64,000 bases of DNA, taken from an uncultured Candidatus Saccharibacteria bacterium. GTDB taxonomy: Bacteria > Patescibacteriota > Minisyncoccia > Phycocordibacterales > CSBR16-119. The stretch spans positions 7,037-71,036 of the forward strand of contig CAYRQF010000002.1 in assembly GCA_964426385.1 (NCBI GenBank). The letters run 5' to 3'. Of the stretch, positions 62,023 through 64,000 are shown piece after piece; the stretch's first letter is position 1; each line of letters opens with the position of its first letter. A model generated the notes under the pieces. It ran no database searches. It was not told where the DNA came from and saw only the letters and a program-made list of their open reading frames with translations. A program made the translations under genes and the position numbers.

Positions 62023-62133
62023 TTTAAGAAATGGGACCTGTCCCGTTAGTGATTAATGATTAGGAACACTTCAAGTCTAGGTAAATTCAAGAGATATGAT
62101 CGATTTATTATTCCGGAAATATTTTAATCACTA

Positions 62134-63243
62134 ATGGGATATATATCTTCGAAAAAAAGAAGCCTCGAAGAGTTCATAGAGAGAAATCGTCGGTTTATCA
62201 TGCCGACAGTGTTGCTCGGGGGATTTGGTGTCGACACTTTGACTCTCCAGCAGGTAGACCGAGTATTCGATAACGTGGTTCTGCTGTCACACCTACTAAT
62301 CGTGTCGGTCTGCATCATACTGCTCTTCACGAAAAATACTGCTTGGGGTGCGAGATTTCGGATAGTCGATAAAGATTCGATTATTAACGCCATCATGCTC
62401 TTCTCCTTCGGAGGACTTTTCTCTGGATTTACAATATTCTACTCGAAGTCTGGTTCACTCATCTCGAGCTGGCCATTCATACTGTTTATGCTCGTGGTGA
62501 TGCTCGGGACGGAAATAAAGAAAAATTATTTTCAGGAACTCATCCGACAGATCAGTATCTACTATATTGCTGTCTTTTCTTACCTGATATTTTCTATTCC
62601 AGTTTTGGTGAGCCGTATGGGTGCGGCGATATATCTCCTGTCTGGAGTAGTGAGTCTACTGTTTATATTCTTTTTCATTTTCGTACTCTCACGGGTGAAC
62701 CGGCGTGACTTACTCGCAAACAAGAAAAAGATTCTCATTCGTATATTCTCGATTTTCGCCATATTTAACATCCTCTATTTCTTGAACATCATCCCACCGA
62801 TACCTCTGTCGCTGAAGTTTCGTGCGGTATATCACGACTTTGAACGTGTCCAGGCAGTAGAGTACAAAGGATACTATGAGAAAGCTCCTATGCTCGAGTT
62901 CTGGCACAAGAGGGACAATGTATTCCATCGGAGGGATGGTGAACCAGTCTACGTCTACACTGAAGTCTATGCACCGGTTAAACTCTCGACCGAGATATAT
63001 CACAAGTGGGAGTATTTTGATACAGAGCGCACGCGTTGGGTGCCGTCGACGCAGGTTCTGATACCTATTACCGGTGGACGAGCAGAAGGATTCCGCGGTT
63101 ATTCTCAGAAGACGAACATTGATCCCGGTACATGGCGGGTGAAGGTGACCACTGCGCGCGGACAGACACTCGGACAGATAACATTCCGTGTAAAACCGAT
63201 TGAAGGTGAGACTCTAGATCTGCGACAGGAAGCATTCTATTAA
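62134..63243 (+). CDS. polytopic membrane protein with C-terminal DUF2914-like domain
   Basis: About 7 TM helices, IPPIPLSL, VYAP..IYHKW..ITGGRAEGFRGYSQK..GTWRVKV. Confidence 0.85.
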   Translation: MGYISSKKRSLEEFIERNRRFIMPTVLLGGFGVDTLTLQQVDRVFDNVVLLSHLLIVSVCIILLFTKNTAWGARFRIVDKDSIINAIMLFSFGGLFSGFTIFYSKSGSLISSWPFILFMLVVMLGTEIKKNYFQELIRQISIYYIAVFSYLIFSIPVLVSRMGAAIYLLSGVVSLLFIFFFIFVLSRVNRRDLLANKKKILIRIFSIFAIFNILYFLNIIPPIPLSLKFRAVYHDFERVQAVEYKGYYEKAPMLEFWHKRDNVFHRRDGEPVYVYTEVYAPVKLSTEIYHKWEYFDTERTRWVPSTQVLIPITGGRAEGFRGYSQKTNIDPGTWRVKVTTARGQTLGQITFRVKPIEGETLDLRQEAFY

Positions 63244-63292
63244 TCCCCAATTTTGACAGAGAGACTCCTTTTACGGTGATACAATTAGTAAT

Positions 63293-64000
63293 ATGAAAAA
63301 AGATATTGAGAGAGCTCTGTACTCCATCGGAGCCTTGGCACTGGTTGTAGTCGTAACCTGGCTGTTCTCATTAACAATCGTAAGCCGTGACACCCAACAA
63401 GCTCGTGTTACATCTTCTACTGCGTCCAAATACCCAACAAGCGACGAAGCTCTAAAAACTCTCATGAGTGAACGGGCTCGAACAACATCATTCAGAGATC
63501 GCGACTTCGCTTCAGCTTGCGTCGCCGGCGCTATCAAATGCGGCAAGATCGTCATAGAAAAGAGCGCTCTTCCAGAATCAAACCTTGATTTCACTTTTTA
63601 TACCAACGTCCCAAACTATCCGAGCTTTATGCTCGATGATGACGCCACGCTTGATAACTCAGCACTTCCAAATACTCAAACGATTTTTACCTCTCCAAAC
63701 GGCAACTACATTGTCGCCGAGATGCCATCACCAAGCGAATACAGTACGGTCCTAGCGTGCTCTGATCCGTCAGGGAACTCTGTCGTACTTACCGGAAGTG
63801 TTGCCGCCGTTATTATCAATATGAATGCGGGTGAGACTGTTAATTGTACGTTTAGGAATATTATGGTGCCACAAGAGCCGATGGCGTGTGAACCGGATAC
63901 ATGGACACAAAAGGCAGATTTTGGTGGTGTCGGTAGAAATGGTGCAACAGGATTTTCTATCGGGACCAAGGGGTATATCGGTACGGGATATAATAATTTA
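63293..64000 (+). CDS. membrane-anchored surface protein with SpaA/prealbumin-like domain and Kelch repeat, 3'-partial (not in ORF track)
   Basis: Open from ATG 63293 to the window end: TM helix, GKIVIEK..DFTF..AGETVNCTFRN, then WTQKADFGGVGRNGATGFSIGTKGYIGTG. Confidence 0.85.
   Translation, partial: MKKDIERALYSIGALALVVVVTWLFSLTIVSRDTQQARVTSSTASKYPTSDEALKTLMSERARTTSFRDRDFASACVAGAIKCGKIVIEKSALPESNLDFTFYTNVPNYPSFMLDDDATLDNSALPNTQTIFTSPNGNYIVAEMPSPSEYSTVLACSDPSGNSVVLTGSVAAVIINMNAGETVNCTFRNIMVPQEPMACEPDTWTQKADFGGVGRNGATGFSIGTKGYIGTGYNNL

Noticed and set aside
62134-62210. NRRFIM as a Tat signal in the DUF2914 protein
   Set aside because: It is a poor consensus match at the start of a polytopic membrane protein.

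Overview
This is a chromosomal segment of a small-genome bacterium, most likely CPR/Patescibacteria (Parcubacteria-like). The assignment is inferred from the compact pilM-N-O-(P)-B-T-C-pilin-pilD operon with no secretin, divergent comF, cohesin/dockerin surface proteins, a SWIB protein and near-leaderless genes. Genetic code 11 applies, since TGA is used as a stop and RF2 is present. In order the window holds: (1) a tatC-tatA pair followed by an operon for a 940-aa secreted 'VW'-repeat protein with a C-terminal dockerin and two membrane-anchored cohesin proteins; (2) a type IV pilus/competence cluster; (3) ligA, gatCA, a tRNA cluster, prfB, ftsEX and pyrG; (4) about 14 kb of small accessory genes around tRNA-Gln; (5) a pseudouridine synthase, an MFS transporter, rnj, secG, secA, dnaE, rnhB, truB and gdhA. 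No rRNA, CRISPR array, transposase or integrase was seen. The best candidates for something new are the Tat plus dockerin-fibre plus cohesin module, a Bacteroidota-style T9SS-CTD protein in a lineage without T9SS, a promoter-hairpin-boxA-like leader shared by two foreign-looking genes, structured elements in the tRNA cluster, a 35-aa histone-H1-like peptide missed by the ORF track, and a three-tetraloop 5' UTR upstream of a cell-wall hydrolase. All family calls come from motif recognition by eye, not from database searches.
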